This document shows positions 10,107-17,620 of a stretch of DNA of 64,000 nucleotides, one piece after another (within the stretch, counting starts at the first letter, position 1; every line of letters starts with the position of its first letter). The DNA is from a virus (lineage: Duplodnaviria; Caudoviricetes). A program made the position numbers and the translations under genes. The stretch lies in the IMG/VR virus record IMGVR_UViG_3300010397_000048, positions 730 to 64,729 of that record, one strand, 5' to 3'. The notes under the pieces are model-generated. The model had not been told where the DNA came from. It searched no databases and saw only the letters and a list, made by a program, of their open reading frames with translations.

Positions 10107-10376
10107 GTGACAGATGCAGCCGAAACCAGAGGACAATTAGACGTTTCCTTAGCTGATTTGAGTACTGCAATTGGAGTACTTGGTAGCTTAGAAGGAATTG
10201 TCGATAATCTGAAAACGAATATTACGGTCCTGGCTACTAATGTTGGTCCGGGCAGTCTGGATAGAGCACATATAATTGCACAAACTCTGTCCAGAACTCA
10301 AATGGAATTAGCGACGATTCGAACTCGATTTACTAGGTTGAGTGAAGGCATTCGTGAATGGCAACAGGTTCTATGA
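10107..10376 (+). CDS. small helical-hairpin family protein, copy 7
   Basis: MTDAAETRGQL...IREWQQVL. Confidence 0.7.
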   Translation: MTDAAETRGQLDVSLADLSTAIGVLGSLEGIVDNLKTNITVLATNVGPGSLDRAHIIAQTLSRTQMELATIRTRFTRLSEGIREWQQVL

Positions 10377-10633
10377 GTGACGCAGATAGCCTAAGAGCAC
10401 AAATCCAAAGTGCAATTCGAGCTACTGAGAATGTGCAGAAAATTGCACTTATGTATGAGCAAGCTATTCACGAACTTCAACAGCAGATTCTAATATTAGA
10501 TCTTGGTAGTGAGAATCCCTATATTCGAACCGCTGCACGAATAGCACCAGGTATTGGTGAGAATTTACCAGTAGATCATGAGGTAGTCGGACATGTTAAA
10601 GAAAGGTTACAGGATTGGTTACCTCATGTCTGA
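10373..10633 (+). CDS. small helical-hairpin family protein, copy 8
   Basis: MSDADSLRAQI...LQDWLPHV; ATGA overlap. Confidence 0.7.
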   Translation: MSDADSLRAQIQSAIRATENVQKIALMYEQAIHELQQQILILDLGSENPYIRTAARIAPGIGENLPVDHEVVGHVKERLQDWLPHV

Positions 10634-10886
10634 CGCTGCTTATATGCGTAATCGTTTCCAGAAATTGCTGGACGATAATGCCGTAGCCTTATTAAGTCTC
10701 CTTGAAGCAGATAGTAAATTCAAAGAGATGAAAGGCGAGTTATTAGAAATTGCAATTACGTCTGATGGCATAGAAATTGCTGACACTATTCGAGCATTAA
10801 CTGCATTGAATAATGACATTTTAAAAATGATGGCGAGTGTCGGTACCGTAACTAAGAATATGTCAGAATATCGGGATCATTTGTGA
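10626..10886 (+). CDS. small helical-hairpin family protein, copy 9
   Basis: MSDAAYMRNRF...MSEYRDHL. Confidence 0.7.
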   Translation: MSDAAYMRNRFQKLLDDNAVALLSLLEADSKFKEMKGELLEIAITSDGIEIADTIRALTALNNDILKMMASVGTVTKNMSEYRDHL

Positions 10887-10895
10887 TCCCTTCCT

Positions 10896-10976
10896 GGGAG
10901 CGTGGCGGAATGGCAGACGCGCTGGACTTAGAATCCAGTTCCGTAAGGAGTGAGAGTTCAAGTCTCTCCGTTCCTA
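10896..10976 (+). tRNA. tRNA-Leu(TAG)
   Basis: CTGGA-CTTAGAA-TCCAG; long variable arm. Confidence 0.93.
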
Positions 10977-11168
10977 CGAGAGTGGTTTTTAACTATGTTT
11001 TGGACTCTTTCCAAAAACTAAAATAACATAGTCATAGGTCGATCCAGCCTGGTAAATGGAAGGGAAATGGAAATGCTGTATTCAGTTCAGCAGTGAACGG
11101 TTGTCGTCGGGATGGCCTAGTAACTCTTGCCTTGTATACGGTAATAGTGCACACCATTTCCCGGCGCT

Positions 11169-11251
11169 GGAATCATGGCAGAGCGGTAATGCAGCGGTTT
11201 GCTAAACCGTAGAACCGAAAGGTTCCATAGGTTCGAATCCTATTGGTTCCG
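11169..11251 (+). tRNA. tRNA-Ser(GCT)
   Basis: GCGGT-TTGCTAA-ACCGT; long variable arm. Confidence 0.93.
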
Positions 11252-11287
11252 CACAATAAGAAGAAAGAAATCAATTAAGGGGACAAA

Positions 11288-11458
11288 ATGCCTAACCGTA
11301 AAGGCACTGGTAAAGCTGGTGGAGGATTGGTTGCCCGTATCAAGGTATGGGAATCAGAATCTCCGAACGGATATGTGAGAAACGGAAATGGCGTACCGAA
11401 TGTTCGGCACAACAAACCTGGATCTCAGAATTCGGCTAAAGGTGGTCCGGGGAAGTGA
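11288..11458 (+). CDS. small G/K-rich protein
   Basis: MPNRKGTGKAGGG...GGPGK, 56 aa, AAGGGG RBS, sits between tRNAs. Confidence 0.55.
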   Translation: MPNRKGTGKAGGGLVARIKVWESESPNGYVRNGNGVPNVRHNKPGSQNSAKGGPGK

Positions 11459-11467
11459 TTCCCCATT

Positions 11468-11550
11468 GCCCGGGTGGCGGAATGGCAGACGCGGGGGCCT
11501 TAAAAGCCCTTACCTGTTAAGGTGTGTGGGTTCGAGTCCCACGTCGGGTA
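11468..11550 (+). tRNA. tRNA-Leu(TAA)
   Basis: GGGGC-CTTAAAA-GCCCT; long variable arm. Confidence 0.92.
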
Positions 11551-11551
11551 C

Positions 11552-11833
11552 ATGTTTGTTATTGATCACGTAAAAGATGAAAGTGGCGAATGGGAAGCAA
11601 TCTTCCTAAATGATAATCTGAAATATGAGGGTCACGGTATTCCGACCTTTATTTGGCTACAGGTAATCGCAGAAAGCGCCGCCCATAACGAGATCCTAAC
11701 TCGTATTTGGGAAACGGATATGAGATCCTGTGGTGAAGATATTTACCCGGTTTCGATGACTGACCTTATGATTCGTAAAGATCGGTACCAGCTAGTAGGG
11801 ATCAACGGAGCGGATGCCTGTGTCCTTCATTGA
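11552..11833 (+). CDS. hypothetical protein
   Basis: MFVIDHV... starts right after the tRNA. Confidence 0.55.
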   Translation: MFVIDHVKDESGEWEAIFLNDNLKYEGHGIPTFIWLQVIAESAAHNEILTRIWETDMRSCGEDIYPVSMTDLMIRKDRYQLVGINGADACVLH

Positions 11834-12071
11834 TGCTGCGGAAATAAGAGAACGTTCACAAGCCATATATTTCAAAGCTAATGAGTTTCATACCAAGGCT
11901 CTGGAGTTGTTAGACATGGCTGATCAAATTAAAGACATTGTCAATAGCCTAGGAACTGGTGCACCGCCTGTTAGTACCCTTGTTACTCTAGCTATTGATA
12001 ATCTTGGTACTGCTAATCATCAAATTGGTCAAGTATCCGATTTAATTGAAGATTGGGCTAAAAAGCTTTAG
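11814..12071 (+). CDS. small helical-hairpin family protein, copy 10
   Basis: ..FIDAAEIRERS...IEDWAKKL. Confidence 0.7.
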   Translation: MPVSFIDAAEIRERSQAIYFKANEFHTKALELLDMADQIKDIVNSLGTGAPPVSTLVTLAIDNLGTANHQIGQVSDLIEDWAKKL

Positions 12072-12078
12072 CCCGTAT

Positions 12079-12165
12079 GCCCGGGTGGCGGAACTAGGCA
12101 GACGCGGCAGATTCAAAATCTGTTATCCTGAAAGGGATGTGAGGGTTCGATTCCCTCGTCGGGTA
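12079..12165 (+). tRNA. tRNA-Leu(CAA)
   Basis: GCAGA-TTCAAAA-TCTGT; long variable arm. Confidence 0.93.
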
Positions 12166-12232
12166 CTCGGTAAAGGTAGGGACCGTTAGACATCTAAAAA
12201 GCCCGCCTGACTGTTAGGAAAGACTAACTCAC

Positions 12233-12305
12233 TGGGATATAGCCAAGTGGTTAAGGCGCGAGTCCGATAAACTCGTATGCGGGGGTTCAATTCCCTCTAT
12301 CCCTA
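12233..12305 (+). tRNA. tRNA-Ile(GAT), atypical C33
   Basis: CGAGT-CCGATAA-ACTCG; T1:T72 mismatch. Confidence 0.8.
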
Positions 12306-12311
12306 CTTCGT

Positions 12312-12384
12312 GTCCACATAGCTCAATGGTTAGAGCAGCACTCTTATCAAGTGTTGGTTCAGGGTTCAAATCCTTGTGTGGATA
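12312..12384 (+). tRNA. tRNA-Ile(TAT)
   Basis: GCACT-CTTATCA-AGTGT; C37. Confidence 0.82.
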
Positions 12385-12533
12385 CATAAAGGTGAAAAAC
12401 GGCCGAGACTCTGTCGGTATTTCCAGAGGAAAAGGTATTCTAGAGGACCGTTCTTTCGCAATAGGAAATAAAATAGAGGAGAGAATAACAGATATCAATA
12501 GTCTGATCCACTATGAACTGTTATTCTCGTCAA

Positions 12534-12605
12534 GCGCTCTTAGCTCAGCGGTAGAGCAGGACACTCTTAATGTTCGGGTCGTGGGTTCAAATCCCTCAGG
12601 GCGTA
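12534..12605 (+). tRNA. tRNA-Lys(CTT)
   Basis: GGACA-CTCTTAA-TGTTC. Confidence 0.92.
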
Positions 12606-12643
12606 CGCAATTAGAAACTAGTTTCCTTTATTAAGGAGAAGAA

Positions 12644-12886
12644 ATGGCACTGCCAGAGGCAGTTAACACAGTAATAGAACCAACTGACGTAGATCGTAGC
12701 AAGGACACTATTCTCAATCTACTTGCTGAAGGTGCTTTTTACGTTTTTGTCACTCTCAAAAAAGAAGATACAGAAGACGGGGAAGCGATTGTGATTGGAC
12801 TTCAAACCGATATCGATGATCCCGAAGTCCTTAAAATTGTGCTAGAGAGTGCACAAGAGCAGGCGAATCTGTTTTCAGGACAGTGA
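12644..12886 (+). CDS. acidic hypothetical protein
   Basis: TAAGGAG RBS; followed by a CCCCCTGCT...AGCAGGGGG hairpin. Confidence 0.7.
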   Translation: MALPEAVNTVIEPTDVDRSKDTILNLLAEGAFYVFVTLKKEDTEDGEAIVIGLQTDIDDPEVLKIVLESAQEQANLFSGQ

Positions 12887-12932
12887 AGCGCCTACCCCCT
12901 GCTAATCTTAATTATGTGAAGCAGGGGGACAC

Positions 12933-13004
12933 GCGCCATTAGCTCAGAGGCAGAGCAGGGGACTTTTAATCCTCGGGTCCGGATTTCGAAATTCCGATGG
13001 CGTA
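12933..13004 (+). tRNA. tRNA-Lys(TTT)
   Basis: GGGGA-CTTTTAA-TCCTC; atypical T arm. Confidence 0.85.
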
Positions 13005-13255
13005 CAAGGTTGTCAGTAACCCTAATGTAGCTAGGTCTTTTGGGAAATAGGCACTAGTAAAACTGACTTTCCGGCAGAGAATAAATTCCCCTCGTGGCTG
13101 GAACTGGTGAAAGCCTATAGGAAAATAGGAGTTTCTATCTAGACCTGAGAAATTGGTGGTCGTGGATAGCCTATTGGAATATGGGAATGAGCCTTTTAGG
13201 GAATCGGGCGTCATTCTAGATATGAGGGTAATGTACCGAGTCCGATTCCCACAAT

Positions 13256-13326
13256 GCGGGTGTGGTGTAGAGGTAACATAAGTGTCTTCCAAACATTTGT
13301 CCAGGGTTCGATTCCCTGTATCCGCT
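13256..13326 (+). tRNA. tRNA-Gly(TCC)
   Basis: AGTGT-CTTCCAA-ACATT; U73. Confidence 0.92.
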
Positions 13327-13381
13327 CTTTGTAACAATGCTTTTTAATCGTACTGCTTATAGAAAGCTGGCGAATAATTGA

Positions 13382-13573
13382 ATGGAAACCTGGGAACAAT
13401 TTAGAGTAGTGATTGGTAATTGGGCTAAATTACGAATTACTGACGATGAATTCTATTGCTACTTAATAACTTCTGATTTTGCTAATCCAGCAGATCGCCG
13501 AGTAGCTGATATTTTTATTACGCAACATGATCACGGGGAATGGTCCCATGCCATCTATCATCGAATGTATTGA
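13382..13573 (+). CDS. hypothetical protein
   Basis: 63 aa ORF between tRNAs. Confidence 0.45.
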   Translation: METWEQFRVVIGNWAKLRITDDEFYCYLITSDFANPADRRVADIFITQHDHGEWSHAIYHRMY

Positions 13574-13751
13574 ATGTGGATATAGTCGATCTTCTGACCA
13601 AGATGGTCGCAGCTTCACTGAAGTTTGTTCAATTTGTTACCTTGAAGATTGTTCGACAATGATCTCTCCTTTAGCACTTATTTGTGACGAGTGCAGAGAA
13701 GAATTAGAACCAGAAAGACTTATCGATCCCGGTGAATCTTTGTTAATGTAG
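13548..13751 (+). CDS. Cys-rich (Zn-binding) small protein
   Basis: CIEC, CSIC and CDEC pairs. Confidence 0.5.
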   Translation: MPSIIECIECGYSRSSDQDGRSFTEVCSICYLEDCSTMISPLALICDECREELEPERLIDPGESLLM

Positions 13752-13877
13752 TCTAGATAGCTGCGCAATTGTTTGTTTGCTGGTTTCTTTGTTCCTTGCG
13801 CGTAACTGATAGGTTGAGTGATCCCGGGAATTGTTCCTCCCATCAGCCACAAATCAAAACTAAAGGAAACCAGTCTT

Positions 13878-13948
13878 TCTCTCATAGCATAAGGGTAGTG
13901 CGCGCGACTGTTAATCGCTGGATCTAGGTTCGAATCCTGGTGAGAGAG
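13878..13948 (+). tRNA. tRNA-Asn(GTT)
   Basis: GCGA-CTGTTAA-TCGC; acceptor TCTCTCA/TGAGAGA. Confidence 0.9.
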
Positions 13949-13949
13949 C

Positions 13950-14135
13950 ATGAGAACTAGACAATGTGAATTAGGCATTACGTATGAAGAAATCGAACAT
14001 GCCTTAAAAGATCGTACACAGGAGTTTTACAATTGGATGGATGGACAAACAATGGCGCTTTGCCCAGAGCATGGCGGCGTGGTTTATCCATGGGACTTAC
14101 AAAGATTTATTTCTGGTTTACCAGTAATTGATTAA
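13950..14135 (+). CDS. hypothetical protein
   Basis: FYNWMDGQT...VYPWDLQRF small-phage-protein-like motif. Confidence 0.6.
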   Translation: MRTRQCELGITYEEIEHALKDRTQEFYNWMDGQTMALCPEHGGVVYPWDLQRFISGLPVID

Positions 14136-14136
14136 T

Positions 14137-14208
14137 GCCTCCATAGCTCAGCGGCAGAGCAGCTCACTAGTAATGAGCAGGTCGTGGGTTCAATTCCTAC
14201 TGGTGGCT
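14137..14208 (+). tRNA. tRNA-Thr(AGT)
   Basis: GCTCA-CTAGTAA-TGAGC; body nearly identical to Thr(TGT) at 15045. Confidence 0.9.
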
Positions 14209-14212
14209 CTTT

Positions 14213-14266
14213 TTAGACACACACAGCAATTCAAATCCATTCCAAGGGTGAATATATTGTGTCTAG
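14213..14266 (+). ncRNA. ACAGCAA-stem ncRNA (Y-RNA-like), copy 1
   Basis: TTAGACAC-AC-ACAGCAAT...GTGTCTAG. Confidence 0.7.
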
Positions 14267-14273
14267 GTAAAAT

Positions 14274-14355
14274 GGAAGCTTCAGCATTGGCAAGCGAAAC
14301 TGTCTTGAAAACAGCAGAGGTAACACTCTTGGGGGTTCGACTCCCTCAGCTTCCG
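14274..14355 (+). tRNA. tRNA-Ser(TGA)
   Basis: CTGT-CTTGAAA-ACAG; long variable arm. Confidence 0.88.
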
Positions 14356-14687
14356 CAATGGGAAACACGTTCCGAGTGCACTTTACAAGATGTTGGAATA
14401 ATCTCAGAGAGAATAGAAAAATTGCGAAAAGTTACTCAGGCACCCAATGGTTAGGTTTGTAGCGTGTCGATACCCAGTAACAATGGCAGTTTAATACGGA
14501 AACCTAGCCCCATTACCTTGCTGCTTCTATTCTCGAATACTTCAGATGTTCTCATGCTCAATTCCAGCTCTTAGATATAATCTGGTAATAGTGGTCGCCT
14601 AGCCGTTGCCCTGTTCGGCGAAGCAACCCTAAGTTGGGAATAGACCCTGCCAGGATCAGGGAATCTACTACTGGTAGTTCTGATTAA

Positions 14688-14758
14688 TGCCCATTGGTGT
14701 AACGGCAACACTAAGGATTCTGAATCCTTCATTCTTAGTTCGAATCTAGGATGGGCAG
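14688..14758 (+). tRNA. tRNA-Gln(CTG)
   Basis: AAGGA-TTCTGAA-TCCTT. Confidence 0.92.
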
Positions 14759-14886
14759 CTTTGGTGACAGTTACCGATATAAGTTAGCTACTTTATCATA
14801 GGAACTGTTCGGATAAGAATGAGGTCGCGATATACGTCTTATCCGCCTGTCTGGTATGTGCAGGCTAGCCAATTACATACCGACTT

Positions 14887-14962
14887 GGAGCAGTATACAA
14901 ATTGGAATAAGTGGCCAGACTTTCAATCTGGTATTGTGCGGGTTCGAGTCCCGTCTGCTCTA
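14887..14962 (+). tRNA. tRNA-Glu(TTC)
   Basis: CCAGA-CTTTCAA-TCTGG. Confidence 0.9.
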
Positions 14963-14969
14963 CGATATA

Positions 14970-15039
14970 TTAGACACTTACAGCAATACTTTATTCTTAA
15001 CCCTAATATTCTGGAAATAAGAAGCCAAAATGTGTCTAG
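14970..15039 (+). ncRNA. ACAGCAA-stem ncRNA, copy 2
   Basis: TTAGACAC-TT-ACAGCAAT...GTGTCTAG. Confidence 0.7.
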
Positions 15040-15044
15040 GAAAT

Positions 15045-15118
15045 GCCTCTATAGCTCAGTTGGTCAGAGCAATCGCCTTGTAAGCGATAGGTCGTGGGTT
15101 CGAATCCTACTAGTGGCT
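15045..15118 (+). tRNA. tRNA-Thr(TGT)
   Basis: ATCGC-CTTGTAA-GCGAT. Confidence 0.93.
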
Positions 15119-15212
15119 CAAGTGAGTAGTTGTGGGTAACGTGACGCTATGTCGGTCCTCTTTGAAATAGAAGAGACATCAAATCCGGCTACAGAATTGG
15201 AACCCTCATTAA

Positions 15213-15283
15213 TGGCTCATCGTCTAACGGCAGGACAGAAGACTTTGAATCTTAGAATCGTGGTTCGAATCCATGTGAGCCAG
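15213..15283 (+). tRNA. tRNA-Gln(TTG)
   Basis: AAGA-CTTTGAA-TCTT. Confidence 0.9.
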
Positions 15284-15363
15284 CGAGAGTTAAATGGTGA
15301 CTGAATTAGCTACTCAGGTAAACATTGACCGGGCATAGACGGTTCTCAACCTATGCACTTTTT

Positions 15364-15438
15364 ATCACAGTAGCTTAATTGGGAAAGCTCCGGTCTCCAA
15401 AACCGATGTAGATTAAGGTTCGAGTCCTTACTGTGGTG
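15364..15438 (+). tRNA. tRNA-Trp(CCA)
   Basis: CGGT-CTCCAAA-ACCG. Confidence 0.88.
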
Positions 15439-15439
15439 C

Positions 15440-15502
15440 TTAGACAGCAACAGCAATCACTTATCAAACAATATATTGCATTGTAAAAGATAAGCTGTCT
15501 AG
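15440..15502 (+). ncRNA. ACAGCAA-stem ncRNA, copy 3
   Basis: TTAGACAG-CA-ACAGCAAT...CTGTCTAG (compensatory change). Confidence 0.7.
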
Positions 15503-15507
15503 TTTAA

Positions 15508-15580
15508 CGGGTATTAGATCATGGGGTAGATAGCGCGATTTGGGATCGTGAGGCGGAAGGTTCGAGTCCTTCATACCCGA
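15508..15580 (+). tRNA. tRNA-Pro(TGG)
   Basis: CGCGA-TTTGGGA-TCGTG; C1-G72. Confidence 0.9.
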
Positions 15581-15712
15581 CGTGAAACAACATGAAGTTG
15601 GAATGGTTTGGGACCATGTCCTTTGGTATTGGGAAAAATTTACTCAGTGCTATTTAAAAGGTAACCATTTAGAGAAAATGGATTCGCATGGCAAATGCTA
15701 TAGGTGTGGGAA

Positions 15713-15877
15713 ATGCTTAGCGAAGAAATGTTACTAGAGATTCGTGAACGATACACACATTATGGTGAAACTGAAAAGCTCAATAAGAGAACAGCAGTTC
15801 ACGACATTAGACTTCTTTTAGAAGAAATCGATAGACAAGAATCAGTTATAAATAGATTGGTGCTTAATCTTGTCTAA
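15713..15877 (+). CDS. hypothetical protein
   Basis: MLSEEMLLEIRERY...DIRLLLEEIDR, 54 aa, below the track cutoff. Confidence 0.5.
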   Translation: MLSEEMLLEIRERYTHYGETEKLNKRTAVHDIRLLLEEIDRQESVINRLVLNLV

Positions 15878-16037
15878 GGTAGCCTTAGATGCTGAAATAG
15901 CTAGTAGCATCTTAAAGGGATTGACCGCTTTAGATAAGGCTCTAAACAACATCGGAAAGACTCCTGAGCAGCGTGCACTTCTTAAGCGAGATATTACAGA
16001 ATTAAAGACAGCAATAAAAGTATCCCAATCATCTTGA
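15870..16037 (+). CDS. hypothetical protein
   Basis: MSKVALDAEIASSILKGL..., 55 aa, overlaps the previous ORF. Confidence 0.45.
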   Translation: MSKVALDAEIASSILKGLTALDKALNNIGKTPEQRALLKRDITELKTAIKVSQSS

Positions 16038-16059
16038 CAAAGATAAGGAAGGTAGCGAA

Positions 16060-17523
16060 ATGGGATCATTTCTAGCCGAGTTGCAGTCACAAGGAACTAA
16101 GACTGCACGCACCGAAAACGGTGCTGTAACTCATTCAACAACTACAAATGCAGTGCTGGATTTCTTTGCTCTTGCGGGAGCGAAGCGTAACGATATCGCT
16201 GGTGCAAAGACCTTGTTCCGTAAGGCTTTCCAGGAAGATCGTCAGCTAGCAATTCGTGCGCTATTCTATTTGCGTGACATTCGCGGCGGACAAGGAGAAC
16301 GTACCTTGTTCCGTGAGCTATTTAAGGAATTAACTAGATTGGATCTCGGCGCTGCTGAGAAGGTGATCGGGTTTGTTCCTGAGTACGGTCGCTGGGACGA
16401 TGTTATTTCTCTTTATGGATTTGGTGGCCTGAATAAGACTGCCTTAAAGATGATCCGTAACCAGTTGGAATTGGACGCATTGGATCGTGCAGCAGGAAAG
16501 TCAATCTCGCTAATGGCGAAGTGGCTTCCTTCGGAGAATGCTTCGAGCGCGAATTCTCGTGTGATGGCGCGACAGATTGCAACAGACTTGGGCATTTCTA
16601 ACAAGAAGTACCGTCAGACTGTTGTTGCATTGCGTAAGCACATTGGTTTACTGGAACAGCAAATGAGTACCAATTCTTGGGACTCTGTTGATTACGGTAA
16701 GCTTCCTTCTCAGGCATCACGTAAGCACACAAAGGCATTCAAGCGTCATGACGAAACTCGCTATGAGGAATTCCTCGGAGCAGTTATCAAGGGTGATGCA
16801 AAGATGAATGCTGGAACTGTTGCGACTTACGAAGTTTTGGATGTCGTACGAAAGGGAAACGACAATGCGGCCAATGCAATCTGGAAATCTCTTCCTGATT
16901 ACACAAATGGTGGAAATGCAATTGTTGTTGCCGATACTTCGGGCTCAATGACAGCGATCATTTCGGGGAGTACCAGAGCAATGGATGTTTCGACCTCTCT
17001 TGCCTTGTACTTTGCGGAACACAATGAGGGTGCATTCAAAAATTACTTCATCTCTTTCTCAGAGAGTCCAGAATTGGTAGCAGTTCGTGGGAATACTCTG
17101 ATGGAAAAGTTGCGCAACATTAGCACTACTAATTGGGGATTCAATACCAATATCGAAAAGGTATTTGATTTGATTCTCGATGCTGCAAAGCGTGCTGGTG
17201 CTGATGCTGAAGACGTCCCTAAGGTTATCTATATCATTTCAGACATGGAATTTGATTCCGTAAGAGGTGGAAGAAATGAAACCAATTACGAAGCGGCAAA
17301 GAGAAAGTTCGATGCTGCTGGGTTCCAGCTACCTCACGTAGTGTTCTGGAATGTGGCATCGAGAAACAGTAATGTTCCAACTTCTGCGGCACAAACCAAT
17401 GTGACCTTGGTTTCTGGTTTGTCACAGAGCACTTTTCGTTATGTTCTAGAAGGAAAGACTCCGGTCCAGTCCATGCTAGACATTCTTAACGGTGAGCGCT
17501 ACTCGCAGATTGTCCTTAGCTAA
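16060..17523 (+). CDS. TROVE/Ro60-like protein with C-terminal vWA domain (DUF2828 family)
   Basis: RTENGA..LDFF, YLRDIRGGQGER, EYGRWDD, AKWLPSE; vWA MIDAS DTSGSM, ISDMEFD, VFWNV. Confidence 0.85.
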   Translation: MGSFLAELQSQGTKTARTENGAVTHSTTTNAVLDFFALAGAKRNDIAGAKTLFRKAFQEDRQLAIRALFYLRDIRGGQGERTLFRELFKELTRLDLGAAEKVIGFVPEYGRWDDVISLYGFGGLNKTALKMIRNQLELDALDRAAGKSISLMAKWLPSENASSANSRVMARQIATDLGISNKKYRQTVVALRKHIGLLEQQMSTNSWDSVDYGKLPSQASRKHTKAFKRHDETRYEEFLGAVIKGDAKMNAGTVATYEVLDVVRKGNDNAANAIWKSLPDYTNGGNAIVVADTSGSMTAIISGSTRAMDVSTSLALYFAEHNEGAFKNYFISFSESPELVAVRGNTLMEKLRNISTTNWGFNTNIEKVFDLILDAAKRAGADAEDVPKVIYIISDMEFDSVRGGRNETNYEAAKRKFDAAGFQLPHVVFWNVASRNSNVPTSAAQTNVTLVSGLSQSTFRYVLEGKTPVQSMLDILNGERYSQIVLS

Positions 17524-17620
17524 GGAGTAAAGAATGGGGCCGACAAACCGGTAAAGGCTAGCAAGTTAAGGGTTGTATCTACTAGCTGCCCCATTCCCTT
17601 ATAAGAAAGGTAACCATTCC

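Noticed and set aside
14357-14686. tmRNA or RNase P RNA
   Set aside because: No tRNA-Ala-like ends or T arm, and no recognisable RNase P P4 consensus.
12229-15139. Track ORFs 12229-12498, 12326-12634, 12966-13337, 14128-14454, 14819-15139 (and 18889-19146)
   Set aside because: They overlap tRNA or ncRNA genes and read as translated tRNA sequence.
16003-16015. GACAGCAAT just upstream of the Ro-like gene (also ACAGCAA at ~1206, 21789 and 25472)
   Set aside because: These lie inside ORFs and lack the flanking complementary stem, so they are not counted as copies.
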